DNA from: Candidatus Saccharimonadales bacterium | Lineage (GTDB): Bacteria > Patescibacteriota > Saccharimonadia > Saccharimonadales > JBBQYC01 | Assembly (NCBI GenBank): GCA_038209015.1 | Contig: JBBQYC010000001.1 | Coordinates: 18,974 to 82,973 of the forward strand | Direction of reading: 5' to 3' | Length of the DNA: 64,000 nt | Shown: one piece after another, positions 17,662-26,816 of the stretch | Layout of the letters: each line of letters opens with the position of its first letter | Position numbering within the stretch: position 1 is the stretch's first letter | Made by a program: the position numbers and the translations under genes | The notes under the pieces: generated by a model | Seen by the model: the letters and a program-made list of their open reading frames with translations, nothing else | What the model was told of the DNA's origin: nothing | Database searches by the model: none

Positions 17662-18723
17662 TTACATAGTTAGGTTTGGCGCTATATCCAGCTTATAGGG
17701 GTCTGCAGTGACTTGGTTGAGGTTCATATGAAAACAGCCCAGCGTGGCTACCATGGCGCCGTTATCCGTCATTAGTTTGGCATCCTGATACTCGACTGGA
17801 ATTGGAATCCGTTCGGCCAGTTGTCGACGCAGTTCGGGGCTGGCGGCTACGCCACCGCCAATTACTACAGATGTAGGCTGGAATTCTTCATATGCCTGGA
17901 ATGTCTTATCTACCACGGTTTCAACTGCTATTCGTTGGAAGCTGGCGGCAATATCGGCCTTCTGAGCCTCAGAGAGGCGTTCTGCCAGCATATGGGATGC
18001 GAATTCGTGTGTTTCACCGACTTCACTCTGAGCAAGCCTTAGAACGGCTGTTTTTAAGCCGCTGAAACTATAGTTATATTTATCCTTGAGTTTTGCTTTG
18101 GGCAGGTCGTATTTGTAAGCGTCTCCTTCGGCAGCTTTTTTACCAATATTCGGACCACCAGGGTAGGGAAGACCAAGTATCTTGGCGACTTTATCAAACG
18201 CTTCACCTATGGCATCATCTTGAGTTTGTCCCAAGAGGCGATAGTCAAAGTGGTCACGCCATAGCACTAACTGGCTGTGCCCGCCGCTAACAATGAGCCC
18301 AAGCATAGGAAATGTCGGCTGTTTTTGACGCATAACGTACTGCTGAAGCGGGCTTTCAATCAGGAAGTTAGCGTAGATATGGGCTTCGACGTGATTGATA
18401 GCGTACAGGGGCTTTTGTTTAGTAATGGCCAGGGTCCGCGCAGTTAATACTCCGACCAACAGGGAACCGCCAAGCCCTGCGCCGTAGGTTACGGCAATCC
18501 CATCAATATCTTTCCACGTGCATTGTGCCGTCTTTAACGCCTGGTCTATGACCGGTATGATGGCTTCAATATGACTTCTGGCGGCAATCTCCGGCACGAC
18601 GCCACCGTACGCGGCGTGCAAATCCATGCTAGACAATACTTCGTTACTGAGTAGCCGCTCGCCGTCTTCCACGACTGCGGCGGCTGTTTCGTCACAGCTT
18701 GTTTCTATCCCAAGAATTTTCAT
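17662..18723 (-). CDS. tsaD: tRNA N6-threonylcarbamoyltransferase TsaD
   Basis: ILGIETSCDET, GGVVPEIAARSH, NHVEAH, SGGHSQ, DNGAM. Confidence 0.97.
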   Translation of the reverse strand: MKILGIETSCDETAAAVVEDGERLLSNEVLSSMDLHAAYGGVVPEIAARSHIEAIIPVIDQALKTAQCTWKDIDGIAVTYGAGLGGSLLVGVLTARTLAITKQKPLYAINHVEAHIYANFLIESPLQQYVMRQKQPTFPMLGLIVSGGHSQLVLWRDHFDYRLLGQTQDDAIGEAFDKVAKILGLPYPGGPNIGKKAAEGDAYKYDLPKAKLKDKYNYSFSGLKTAVLRLAQSEVGETHEFASHMLAERLSEAQKADIAASFQRIAVETVVDKTFQAYEEFQPTSVVIGGGVAASPELRRQLAERIPIPVEYQDAKLMTDNGAMVATLGCFHMNLNQVTADPYKLDIAPNLTM

Positions 18724-18747
18724 TACAAACCAAGTATACTGAGGGCA

Positions 18748-20055
18748 ATGAATTTTAGAAAATTATTGAAGTTTTTTATTCCGCGCGGATTGTTCAAGCG
18801 CATAGAGCCTGCCGGCCATCTTGCAGAGGCGGTGTTGTTCAATCTCATTAATGGATTTCCGGCCCGCGGGATGAAGGTTATTGGTGTGACCGGTACCAAT
18901 GGTAAAACAACCACTAGCTACATGATCTATACTATGTTAAATACCGCCGGGTATAAAGTAGGACTTAACACCACCGTTGCCTATGGGGTAGATGGTGATA
19001 TCCGCCCGCAGCTGCACCATATGACCAATGTTAGTGCGCCAGAACTTATGAAACGGCTGAAGTGGTTTAAGCGCCAAGGTGTTGAATGGCTGGTGCTTGA
19101 AACAACCAGTCATGCACTGGCTCAGAACCGGGTGTGGGGTGTTCCGTACAGCGTAGCCGTACTCACAAATCTGACCCACGAACACCTCAGTTATCATGGT
19201 ACTTTCGAACGTTACCGCGACGCGAAGCTCAAATTATTCAAGCTTACCGCTAAAAACAAGCGCGGGTTACAAACCGGCATTGTCAACCAGGAAGACGAAA
19301 ACGCGGATATATTTGCCCAAGCGGTCCCAAACAGTGTGAGGTACGGCAGTGGCGGCGATATCATAGCGAAAGACGTTCAGTTACAGCCAAACGGATTCAG
19401 TTATACAGCTGTCGCCGGTGAAGATTCATATAATATAACCAGTTCGTTGCCTGGTAGTTTCAATGTTAGTAATACCTTGGCGGCGGTTGGCGTTGGGCGC
19501 ACACTGGGCTTTAGCAAAGAGCAGATAGAGCAGGGAATAGCGGCACTGGAATCGGTTGAGGGACGCATGACTCGGGTAAACGAAGGCCAGGACTTTGATG
19601 TAATCGTTGACTATGCGCACAGTCCCGACAGCTTCCAAAAGTTATTCAGTGATGTCCGGCCTGTTGTGAAGGGAAAAATCATTGCTGTCTTTGGGTCGCT
19701 GGGTGGTGGTGACGTTGCAAAACGACCAGAACAGGGGAGAATCGCTGGTGAGTTTGCCGACGAAGTTATCCTTACCCAGGAGGATGATCGCCAGGAAGAC
19801 CCGACAAAGATTATGCAGGATATTGCTCAAGGAGCTGCGGCTACCGGTATGCAGCGGGATGCAAACCTGTTTTTTATTCATGACCGTACAGAAGCAATTA
19901 ACTTCGCTGTAAAACGCGCCAAAACGGGCGATATGGTATTGCTGCTGGGCAAGGGGCACGAGAAAACACAGGAAGATGCAACGGGAGAACACCCCTGGGA
20001 TGAAATAGCCACCGCCCGTACCGCACTCCTCGAGTTGACAAAACACTCAAAATAA
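18748..20055 (+). CDS. murE: UDP-MurNAc-tripeptide synthetase
   Basis: GVTGTNGKTTT, NLTHEHL, DYAHSP, LGKGHE; DDR in place of DNPR. Confidence 0.92.
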   Translation: MNFRKLLKFFIPRGLFKRIEPAGHLAEAVLFNLINGFPARGMKVIGVTGTNGKTTTSYMIYTMLNTAGYKVGLNTTVAYGVDGDIRPQLHHMTNVSAPELMKRLKWFKRQGVEWLVLETTSHALAQNRVWGVPYSVAVLTNLTHEHLSYHGTFERYRDAKLKLFKLTAKNKRGLQTGIVNQEDENADIFAQAVPNSVRYGSGGDIIAKDVQLQPNGFSYTAVAGEDSYNITSSLPGSFNVSNTLAAVGVGRTLGFSKEQIEQGIAALESVEGRMTRVNEGQDFDVIVDYAHSPDSFQKLFSDVRPVVKGKIIAVFGSLGGGDVAKRPEQGRIAGEFADEVILTQEDDRQEDPTKIMQDIAQGAAATGMQRDANLFFIHDRTEAINFAVKRAKTGDMVLLLGKGHEKTQEDATGEHPWDEIATARTALLELTKHSK

Positions 20056-20087
20056 TATAGAATAGTTTAATTCTAAAGGAGATTTTG

Positions 20088-20867
20088 ATGAGTCAACGAG
20101 AACCATCTCAAGAAGTAATGCGTTCACGCGTACAGGAGTTAGAGCTGTTCCAAGCTTCTCTGACGAGTGTAGTAGACGAAGTAGTAGATCAGCTTGCTAT
20201 TCGCGATTTTGATATTGAAAAAGATTTCAGAGTGCTTTGGGCGGAAGGTAATAATGCCCGAGAAGTGCCTGTCAAACACCAGACATACCGTCAACGCACA
20301 CTTAGTCATATGACAAAAGTACTGCCGGCTATGCGCAAAGCTATAGGTGAAGGTCTTATTACTAATCCAAACGACGCTGGTGACCTTGCTGGTACCCTAA
20401 TGGCATTCGAGGGCAGCCCCTCAGCTTGTTTGCGCTATCTACGCGGTACTTCAAACAGCTTGGTCAGTGAACCTATTCGCCCCCGTGAACTCATCAATAT
20501 CCTTGGCGCATACCAAGCAATACTTGATGTTACGCCTACCGAAGGTGAAGCTAAACTGCCGAAACCAACACTAGCTAGCGCTATCTCATCTGCGCAGGAC
20601 TGGGGCTTTGACCTCATGCATCCGTTAACTGAAGCAGATATAGACAATGTTCACGCATCGATTGATGAGTACCAGTTCGTCGAAACGGTATCGCGTGCTA
20701 GCAGGGAAGGTCAACCGTACCAAACGATACACTTGATAGATGCAACTTCACAGCGCCGGAATCCGATTGGTTTTACTGCTGTTTCCTCTGATGATATGCG
20801 ACGAGACAGTACTCTTGAAGACTACATGCTCAGGGATGTGCTTCAAGATGACATGGCTACCAGCTAG
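20088..20867 (+). CDS. Hypothetical protein
   Basis: Long ORF with AGGAG RBS. Confidence 0.7.
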   Translation: MSQREPSQEVMRSRVQELELFQASLTSVVDEVVDQLAIRDFDIEKDFRVLWAEGNNAREVPVKHQTYRQRTLSHMTKVLPAMRKAIGEGLITNPNDAGDLAGTLMAFEGSPSACLRYLRGTSNSLVSEPIRPRELINILGAYQAILDVTPTEGEAKLPKPTLASAISSAQDWGFDLMHPLTEADIDNVHASIDEYQFVETVSRASREGQPYQTIHLIDATSQRRNPIGFTAVSSDDMRRDSTLEDYMLRDVLQDDMATS

Positions 20868-20875
20868 GAGTCGCT

Positions 20876-22150
20876 ATGCCGAAAAATTTTGACGAACTCA
20901 TGGGCGAACAAGCTCGTAACCCATTCGAAACTAGCGGGCTGACGCCAGAAGCCGTTAAGGCGCTGCACGAATCCGGTGATCCGGAGCTGCTGCAAACCGC
21001 GGTAAACGGGGTTATGCGGGCGCTGTCCCGAGGTATGCACCCAGATGCCACGGGCAAGCAAGCCGGTGATTTTTTTATGCAACTGGTTGAATCAAACAAG
21101 CTTATCCAGGGATATGACACAGGAGCAGTCCAGCAGTTAGCCACCGATTACACTAGAAAAAAACGCGGTACGAAAGCGGCCAAGCCGGAGGTTGTACAAG
21201 TCCATCAGGACCGCAGCCATGAGTTACTTCTAAACATTGCAGGGCAGCCACTTGGTGAATTAGGCCCAAGTTTTAACCCGAACACCGGTATTGAGTTCAC
21301 GAGCCTTCAGAAGGAGTTCATAAATATACCTAATCGACTATTAATGCACCGCACCGATGAAGATCGTTGGCAACTCAGTGAGTACCACTATGCGGAAATT
21401 GAAGAGCGTGAACTCGATGAAAACGGGAAGCTTCAGCGTGATAATTCGCTTGGTCATGAAATGGTCGGCAATATGGATTGGCAACGGTTAGTTACTGCAC
21501 GTCATGTAAAAAATTTGCAACGCGGGTTTATGTATATCAATAGGGAAACAAACCAAAAATTAGCAATAGATGCTGTACATGTATCAGGCATGGTGCACCG
21601 GTTGGGCGACAGCCTTGTGCTGTTTGATGAAAGCGGTAATAAAGTTGATACGTACCCTAATGACCTTACTGAGACCGATGACGCTACTGACGATAGCTTC
21701 TATCGCTTGTCACTAACGGTAGCTGGTACCAATGAGGACGATTTAACCGTACAGACTGCGACGGCGCGACGGTATATGTACCGGGATGACGAACCTGAAA
21801 TATACGATTTCCGACTACTCGGCACAACTGATGAAGTATTTGCACAACAAGTCGTAGCTGATTTGCGCAGATCGGTCCGTGGTGACGAGCCGCGCCGTTT
21901 CAATGAACAGGTAACGATTAGTGAATTAAATGTCGGTATCTCGCGTTCTAACCAGCTTTCCAGCCTCGGATTTTCACTCCAATCCGAACAAATAAAAAAA
22001 ATAGGCGAGCATTTTACGCCCGCGATTGTTCCTGAAAATCATTTAGTGGTGTCAGACGGTGAGAAACTATATTTGTTAGGGGTGGCTCAGCGGCTCTACA
22101 AAAATATGTTTGCGAACCACCCACTGTCCGTACCGCTCTCCGGTTATTGA
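20876..22150 (+). CDS. Hypothetical protein with degenerate N-terminal J-domain
   Basis: NPFETSGL...MRALSRGMHPD...FFMQLVES; AGGAG RBS. Confidence 0.6.
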   Translation: MPKNFDELMGEQARNPFETSGLTPEAVKALHESGDPELLQTAVNGVMRALSRGMHPDATGKQAGDFFMQLVESNKLIQGYDTGAVQQLATDYTRKKRGTKAAKPEVVQVHQDRSHELLLNIAGQPLGELGPSFNPNTGIEFTSLQKEFINIPNRLLMHRTDEDRWQLSEYHYAEIEERELDENGKLQRDNSLGHEMVGNMDWQRLVTARHVKNLQRGFMYINRETNQKLAIDAVHVSGMVHRLGDSLVLFDESGNKVDTYPNDLTETDDATDDSFYRLSLTVAGTNEDDLTVQTATARRYMYRDDEPEIYDFRLLGTTDEVFAQQVVADLRRSVRGDEPRRFNEQVTISELNVGISRSNQLSSLGFSLQSEQIKKIGEHFTPAIVPENHLVVSDGEKLYLLGVAQRLYKNMFANHPLSVPLSGY

Positions 22151-22196
22151 CAAAATACACATAAAAATGTTATAATCTTCCATAATAAGGAGTGTT

Positions 22197-22841
22197 ATGT
22201 CTGGACTGAGTTTAGAGCAGCTGGAACGAGTACGTGATGAGGCCAATGGTATAGTCACTAAATATAATGTCCTCAAGGACGACCCCTTGCACGCCCTGGA
22301 AACCGGAGAAGGTAATTGTTTCGCCAAGGCTATTTTGGCCGCGGGGATTATTTCGGTGCGTCACAGCCTCGGTGATGATGTGCCGGCCGGCGTATTTAGT
22401 GCCCGACTTCATGCCACAGAAAAACCGTCTTCTTTCGGAATGCCGCCCAAGGCAAACCGTGGACATTACACCTTACTCGTTCCGGATAGTGAACGACTTG
22501 CTCGTGATGACGAATGGGGTATTTTTAGTCTCGATTTCGGCATAGACGGCCGTGAAGATTCCGGCGATATCATGGACTATAACGAAGTCGGTGACTGTGT
22601 GTACTACGCCGGGCTATCGAATAAAATTAAAGCAACTCCACTTTTTGCTGAACAAAATCATATGTTTGTAACTGGCTGGAAGGAAAGCGCTAACACCTAC
22701 CTCAAACTCATAGCCGACGGTCCGCGCGATATGAATGATCCAATCCCGGAGCTGCCGTTTAATCCCGCACTCCAAGACCAGGTGAATTATGATCAGATGC
22801 TGGAAATGTTGGCGCAGAAACCACACCTAGAACTTTTATGA
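22197..22841 (+). CDS. Transglutaminase-like (Cys-His-Asp) protein
   Basis: LETGEGNCFAKAIL...GHYTLLV...SLDF; consensus TTGACA/TGTTATAAT promoter. Confidence 0.6.
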   Translation: MSGLSLEQLERVRDEANGIVTKYNVLKDDPLHALETGEGNCFAKAILAAGIISVRHSLGDDVPAGVFSARLHATEKPSSFGMPPKANRGHYTLLVPDSERLARDDEWGIFSLDFGIDGREDSGDIMDYNEVGDCVYYAGLSNKIKATPLFAEQNHMFVTGWKESANTYLKLIADGPRDMNDPIPELPFNPALQDQVNYDQMLEMLAQKPHLELL

Positions 22842-22870
22842 ACACATTCCCGCTAGGATATACTGGTCGT

Positions 22871-23221
22871 ATGAGTGAAGAAACTCCAGAAACGTATTCG
22901 TTCGGGCACGGCAACGCTATTGTAGAGCCAAAACAGTTGCAGCTGGATTTGGGAATCACTCCAGAAGACCAGCAGGAACAAAACTACGCTCGCCAATCTA
23001 TGAAAAAAGAAATGGGAGGCTTTGCATTAACAGCTTATTTGCAATCGCTTGATTCGAATCTCACTGGTGATCTTTTAGGATTAGTAGAGGGAGAAACACG
23101 CTTTATTAAAAGTAATGAACAGCGTCTCAATGATATTATTGAGGCTGCAAAACTTACCGGCAAGAGAGAGCTTATCACTGAGCTGTTACATAGGTATGAG
23201 CAGACACGAGACTTGCAATAA
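22871..23221 (+). CDS. Hypothetical protein
   Basis: TATACT shortly before ATG 22871; the ORF can extend to 22838. Confidence 0.6.
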   Translation: MSEETPETYSFGHGNAIVEPKQLQLDLGITPEDQQEQNYARQSMKKEMGGFALTAYLQSLDSNLTGDLLGLVEGETRFIKSNEQRLNDIIEAAKLTGKRELITELLHRYEQTRDLQ

Positions 23222-23250
23222 TAGCAACAATGTGCTAATATACTATAGTT

Positions 23251-24033
23251 ATGTTACAAACAAAAATTGATAATCCCTACGAAACACTTGAACTCTTTAT
23301 TACAGATTTTCATGAAAGCCAGCACTCGCCAGACGTCACCGTAGAAGATAAAAGTCAGTTATTAAACACTATCGGTCGCTTTGGGCTGCAGCATGGCCTC
23401 CCGATTGATTACATCGCGCATCGATTAGAGATGCCTACGGATAGTTTGTTGCAAGAGCTTGAAGTTGATGAAGCGCTAAGCAAAGCCTTTCATAAGACGA
23501 CCACAGAGGGTTTGAATATGGGTGGTAGTCCTGAAAAAACCGATACTTCCGTCTATACGACTGATCCTGAAGCGCTTGGTTGGTTAAACGGTAAGCCTGC
23601 CGTGAAGTTGCCGGCAGTCCTTGTTGAAACCGAAGATCTAACCTACCGCTTGGTGGATTTAGTTGGTCTTCACCGCGTGCCGAAGAAGCTCAGGCAAAAA
23701 TTACTTGATCAGCATGAATACGAAAGTCTACATGAAAAACTAACTCATGAAGCGATTCCGAAGCTCTATAAGGATGTAAAGACACTTGATGGTAAGCTGC
23801 GTCCCGTTGCTATGGGCAATCGTACAAAAAAAGAAGCAGAAGCCGTTGCCAGTTTCAAATGTAAGCTTCCAGCTTACAAAGTTGATGCCCACGGTACAAA
23901 TAATAGGGCAATCATCGTGTTTTTAGGTAATAGTAGCGATAAGGAGCCGGTTCCTCAGTTTGGGCTTGCGGCGTTATATGATCATGATGACGATGAGGCA
24001 ATTCACTCAGCGTTATTTGCTAAGCAGAAATAA
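23251..24033 (+). CDS. Hypothetical protein, possible C-terminal RelE/ParE-like fold
   Basis: 260 aa ORF; YKV...NRAIIVF...LAALYDHDD. Confidence 0.55.
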   Translation: MLQTKIDNPYETLELFITDFHESQHSPDVTVEDKSQLLNTIGRFGLQHGLPIDYIAHRLEMPTDSLLQELEVDEALSKAFHKTTTEGLNMGGSPEKTDTSVYTTDPEALGWLNGKPAVKLPAVLVETEDLTYRLVDLVGLHRVPKKLRQKLLDQHEYESLHEKLTHEAIPKLYKDVKTLDGKLRPVAMGNRTKKEAEAVASFKCKLPAYKVDAHGTNNRAIIVFLGNSSDKEPVPQFGLAALYDHDDDEAIHSALFAKQK

Positions 24034-24034
24034 T

Positions 24035-24892
24035 CTAAATTGTTAGGGTGGTGCAGCGTATAAAGCCGCCGCCTTTTTGCAGCTCGACTACATCAGGGTG
24101 TATAAGCGTGTACCCATGGTTCTCAAGCTGCGCAGCAAGGAGCGGGGCATGTGAACTCATAATAACTGTTTCTGAGGTTGAAACGAGGTTGCAGGCCAGT
24201 CCTTGCATGGCCTCTTCAAGGGTGACTTCTATAGTATCTAACGCCAGGGCGCGGACTTTTTCCTGGCTTTCCTGCGTAAAAGCTTCCGGGCACCAAGCGA
24301 TTAAGTCATCTGAGATAATCGAAACCGCTAAGTCGATGTCATAGAAAAAGCTATCCGGCCAGTTGGTTACTTTGTTGATAACCGCTTTTCCAGTGGTATC
24401 AAGTTGCGGAATGGCCTGTAGACTAATTACTTCTAATCCCGTCTGTTCTGCTAAAAAGGGGTGTACTTCGGCATCGGTGCGGTAAGTACTACCGCACAGT
24501 AGATATGGCCCGCAGGGCAGTGCATCGCCTTGGCCGCTGAAGCGTAGATTGCCTGGTACCTGGACAATTTCTTTACCAAGAGTTCGCAATACGTCTTGAG
24601 CATACGACTGTTCTGCTTGCCGCGGACCTGGCAAGTTAGACATAATTGCCTTGTTCCCGACGCAGAGCGCCCAGTTGGCGGTATACACTCCGTCTTGGCA
24701 GTTATCAGGAGCGTCAACTTTATGTATTTCTACCCCTGCGCTACGAAGCGCAGCTTGTATGTTAGTGTGATCTGTTACGGCGCGATCAATATCGACTGCA
24801 ACTGATGCATCCATGTAGGCATTAATTGCGAAACCGTCATTAAAATATTCGGCTCCGCTCATCAATACACTACTGTTCATTTTTTGTGGCAT
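24035..24892 (-). CDS. Amidinotransferase/dimethylargininase (pentein) family protein
   Basis: INAYM, DGVYTAN, FSGQGDAL, ACNLV, ELQKGGGFIRCTTL. Confidence 0.88.
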   Translation of the reverse strand: MPQKMNSSVLMSGAEYFNDGFAINAYMDASVAVDIDRAVTDHTNIQAALRSAGVEIHKVDAPDNCQDGVYTANWALCVGNKAIMSNLPGPRQAEQSYAQDVLRTLGKEIVQVPGNLRFSGQGDALPCGPYLLCGSTYRTDAEVHPFLAEQTGLEVISLQAIPQLDTTGKAVINKVTNWPDSFFYDIDLAVSIISDDLIAWCPEAFTQESQEKVRALALDTIEVTLEEAMQGLACNLVSTSETVIMSSHAPLLAAQLENHGYTLIHPDVVELQKGGGFIRCTTLTI

Positions 24893-24958
24893 TAGCGTCT
24901 AGTATACCAGGCAAAAACCATTGACAAAACAGCTTGGTTGTGGTATTTTATATCGACT

Positions 24959-25516
24959 ATGGAGAAAGATCCGTTTCGGTGGGCTGCAAACGCACCCTTA
25001 CTACCGAAGAAATACTGTATTGCTGATTATTACCATGCGTCCAGCAAAGAGCATCGGTTGATTGTTGATGCACGGCAAGATTATAAAACAGATCAATACA
25101 CTCGGGCCAAGCTTGAGAACAAAGGAATGGTTCTGCGATTGGCAGGGGTACAGCATCCTTCAGGAAGTATGGAATACATAATTCCTGATGGGGTAACTTC
25201 ACTGGGGGCATTTTTAAATTCAACCTCTGCTGATCAAAACAGGGCCTGGAAACGACGCTACATGTTCAATCGTATAACTGAATTTCTGAGTGAATTCACT
25301 GCAATGGGACTCGGCCTCAGCGCAGAACCGTCTGCCAGCCGCCACAATATAGGCCAAAATCTGTTAAGCGATCCGGTATTGTTACCGGCGCTTCCAGTGA
25401 GCATAGAGGAGATGGATAATCACCAAGCTCATATTCAGAATCAAGCATTTTATGTGCAGATTCAGCAGGACATAATAGAGGTTGCGCCGCCCGACGAGCG
25501 TGATTTCCCCTTCTAG
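24959..25516 (+). CDS. Hypothetical protein
   Basis: ORF after TTGACA...TGGTATTTT promoter. Confidence 0.6.
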   Translation: MEKDPFRWAANAPLLPKKYCIADYYHASSKEHRLIVDARQDYKTDQYTRAKLENKGMVLRLAGVQHPSGSMEYIIPDGVTSLGAFLNSTSADQNRAWKRRYMFNRITEFLSEFTAMGLGLSAEPSASRHNIGQNLLSDPVLLPALPVSIEEMDNHQAHIQNQAFYVQIQQDIIEVAPPDERDFPF

Positions 25517-25524
25517 GATTTACT

Positions 25525-26340
25525 ATGGGCTACGAACACACGGAATCATTACCCAGCTTTGAAATTGCTGAGTCTTTGCAGATGACGCCACACCTTGGCG
25601 CCACCGCCCAGCTTGGCGACTCAGCTCATAAAGTCTGCGTTGCAGAGGATGATGACTATAACTTATGGGTGATTAAACCAGCATCACATGCAAAAGCTCG
25701 CAATGAAGTTTCTATGCTTTCAGCGGTACAGAAGGCGGGTATACCGACGTTGGTATTTGACCCGGGCAAAGAACCAAGGTTGGTTCCCTATGACGCTGAC
25801 ACAACAGCTATAGTTATGCAGTTTAGGCGACTTCAGCCACTGACTCGTCTCGATTGGGGCGCTAATGTCTATGATCAACCGACGCACGACGTTTTAGACA
25901 TGCACACCATTCGATCGATGCATGCGATAGCTAAGATGCATAAGCGCGGCATGTACCACGGTGACTTCCAGGCGAAGAATACCGGTCTTATGACTATGAA
26001 TAATGGTTACAAGCGACAAATCTGTTTTGATTTCGAGGGAGCAGGCCGGCTTGGCAAATGGACCGAAGAAGATACTGAGCACCGTGTCATGGCAGATGAT
26101 ATTGTCCAGTTTTTCAAATCCATTCTTATTAATCGCTACCTAGAAGAGCTACCTGCCGAGCTGAAGATGCAGCGGCTTGGATCATTCGCCTTACTGTACG
26201 CACAGAAACTGTCCAACAGGAATGAGCAAGCCGTCGAAGCGGCTACAAATATTGCGGTTGAAATCGAATTACAGACTGAAGATTGGGTATCCCAACCGAG
26301 TTCTATAAAACGCGCCCGCCAACGATTTAAAAATTCTTGA
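25525..26340 (+). CDS. Protein-kinase-like fold (RIO/Kdo/Bud32-like) kinase
   Basis: VIK, ARNE, MHKRGMYHGDFQAKN, FDFE. Confidence 0.8.
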   Translation: MGYEHTESLPSFEIAESLQMTPHLGATAQLGDSAHKVCVAEDDDYNLWVIKPASHAKARNEVSMLSAVQKAGIPTLVFDPGKEPRLVPYDADTTAIVMQFRRLQPLTRLDWGANVYDQPTHDVLDMHTIRSMHAIAKMHKRGMYHGDFQAKNTGLMTMNNGYKRQICFDFEGAGRLGKWTEEDTEHRVMADDIVQFFKSILINRYLEELPAELKMQRLGSFALLYAQKLSNRNEQAVEAATNIAVEIELQTEDWVSQPSSIKRARQRFKNS

Positions 26341-26347
26341 CGGCAAG

Positions 26348-26405
26348 TTAGCACTCCATTATATTGAGTGCTAGAGATTTGGCACTCGTTTGCGAGAAGT
26401 GCCAA
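26348..26405 (+). promoter_or_regulatory. Tandem CIRCE elements (HrcA operators) overlapping the groES promoter
   Basis: TTAGCACTC-N9-GAGTGCTAG (26348-26374) and TTGGCACTC-N9-AAGTGCCAA (26379-26405); -35 TTGACG at 26337. Confidence 0.93.
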
Positions 26406-26435
26406 ATCTATGACAAGTAAACAGGAGAATCTATA

Positions 26436-26705
26436 GTGGCAGTAAACATACACCCACAAGCCGATTATGTGGTTGCTAAGCATGAAGCACCAGAAACCAA
26501 GACCGCCAGCGGCATATATCTACCGGATAATGCGAAAGAAAAGCCGAAAGAAGCTGTAGTAGTAGCTGTTGGCAGTGATGTCAAAGGCGTATCTGTCGGT
26601 GACAAAATTCTGTATAAGAATAGTTATGAAGCAACAGAAGTTACTCAAGGGAAAGACGAGTACATCGTAGTAGAGAAGAAAAATATCGTAGCAACCGTAA
26701 AGTAA
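26436..26705 (+). CDS. groES: Co-chaperonin GroES
   Basis: KTASGIYLPD.AKEKP..A.VVAVG...V.VGD. Confidence 0.95.
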   Translation: MAVNIHPQADYVVAKHEAPETKTASGIYLPDNAKEKPKEAVVVAVGSDVKGVSVGDKILYKNSYEATEVTQGKDEYIVVEKKNIVATVK

Positions 26706-26816
26706 TTTATATTTTTCAATTAGTTCACTTTTCTCATTCGCCAAATGGCAAATAGTAAAATGATTGAAAACTGGTTAATGAATAATGATAAATCAAACGA
26801 CTACAAGGAGTAAGTA

